DNA of 45,815 bases from Folioceros fuciformis (taxonomy: Eukaryota). The stretch covers positions 114,240-160,054 of the forward strand of contig JBNGIO010006178.1 of NCBI GenBank assembly GCA_049999805.1, read 5' to 3'. This document shows, in pieces, positions 44,500 through 45,815 of this stretch. The position numbers and the translations under genes were made by a program. The notes beneath the pieces are model-generated. The model had not been told where the DNA came from. It searched no databases and was given only the letters and a program-made list of their open reading frames with translations. Numbering within the stretch: the first letter of the stretch is position 1; the number at the start of each line of letters is the position of its first letter.

Positions 44500-45815
44500 G
44501 TTGTCCCTCCGGCTAATGTGGTCTTTCCGGCTGATGTGGCATTAGCCAGAGCAATGGAAACCCTTTGTCGAAAGAACCTACAATATTTGAAAGAAAAACT
44601 AAGACTTAGCCCAGTTAGGAACCGCCTTGGCAAAAAGTCTTCGAAGACTTGGAAAATGCCTTGCCTATAGTCCCATAAGTCTCAATGGTAAAGGGGCGAT
44701 AAAAGGTGTCTCCAACATATGGAGGGGTGTACTTGTGAATCTTGGCCGATGCACTCATCTCCATCTCCCAACATGGCGAGTTGAGAACAACATGCTCGCA
44801 GACCAAGACCCGTGTGGGATTTGTTATGACCAAGTTGGCAGCAAACATTTATTATTCTCCTTGGATGAAGAACAAGGTGAGCCCAAAGAGAAACACCGTT
44901 AAGTAGAGTGTATTGGTGCTTCTTGAAGACCATTCTTCTTGGCCAACGAAAACATCTGGCATAGTGTCGTGCGTAGCAATCTATTGACCCCTATATGGGC
45001 AATGGGCAAGATGAGTACTAAAGTTGTCAAGTAGCACCCCACAATTGCAAGAGAAGAGAAATCAAGCCAAAGGTTGGACCAAACCAAGGTGAAACCTCAT
45101 CGAAGTAGAAAATGTGGCTTGTGCGATTCAGAACACATAGATGCTAGGTTGAGCTCACAGCCAAGAACTTGCACTCTTTTCTAAGGGTGAATGAAGCCAA
45201 ACCCAAACAAGCCTAGGGATAGCAGAATCCTGAGGAAGATTGAGCTGCACTTGCTCATTATTTCTTCTCATGAAGAGAACATTGGAGCCCTCAAATCCCA
45301 ACCATAAGAAGAGATGAAAATTGAATGTAGTTCAAAGTACCGTCACACTCGAAAGTACCATGGTCGATTATACCACAAAAAACTTGCATGATCCTATTGT
45401 TAAAACTCCTAAAGCTAAAACTTAGGAATGTCAAAGATGGAGTACTGTCCAAAGAAGGTAACTTAGATGACGTGCAAAACATGCGGAGAGAATGTAGAAA
45501 GCCACCTCTCAATCTCCCAAATTAAGAAGGCCATCCACATGGGCTAGGTCTCCTCAAGGGCCATACCCACAAAGCCTTGGACAAAGGCTAGAGACCCTAT
45601 TAGGACCCTAGAGTTGGAAGGCCTTGTGGAAAAGCGATTTTGCCCCCTAAGAAAACCAAAGGAGATCATTCCTCGGAAGTGGACCAGACCCTCCACTTAG
45701 AAATCTTCACCTTGAGACCAATGCGAGTTAACTATGAGGAAAAAGCTCAAAAGCTTCCCTTGCACAATCCCTTAGCCCCAAAATTTGAGTATCATCCACC
45801 ACATAGGAATATAAG
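44500..45815 (-). mobile_element. Degenerate non-LTR retrotransposon (RT + C-terminal restriction-like endonuclease, CRE-like), cut off by the window edge
   Basis: Minus-strand fragments with stops and frameshifts: SYVVDDTQILG (RT DD motif, ~45780-45808), IGLKVKISKWRVWS, GLPTLG, NLVITNPTR...SAKIHKY...RPFTIETYGTIG, FFRQRVSIALAN. Confidence 0.78.

Overview
Gene-dense eukaryotic genomic DNA from a seed-free land plant. Short introns (~70-200 bp), an LRRC46-like gene and an M32 peptidase suggest a hornwort, other bryophyte or lycophyte (inference). About 12 protein-coding genes lie between two decayed retrotransposons: a Ty3/gypsy chromovirus remnant on the left and an RT + restriction-like-endonuclease (CRE-like) non-LTR element on the right. 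Genes in order: CHASE hybrid histidine kinase (+), IRE-type AGC kinase (-), intronless CtpA S41 peptidase (-), ankyrin-RMT2 methyltransferase (+), an uncharacterised membrane + CxxC-DH-CxxC (HNH-like) protein (-), a secreted short polyphenol oxidase (-), intronless plastid-type M32 carboxypeptidase (-), LRRC46-like LRR protein (+), PRA1.H (-), REV1 (-), an uncharacterised ORF (+), a UIM/EF-hand protein (+) and a PADRE/DUF4228 protein (+). I see no convincing multi-gene novel system. The most promising individual leads are the HNH-like membrane protein, the CHASE kinase with a non-canonical ligand pocket, the lid-less secreted PPO and the M32 peptidase. All assignments rest on motif recognition by eye; no searches were run, and exon boundaries are manual.
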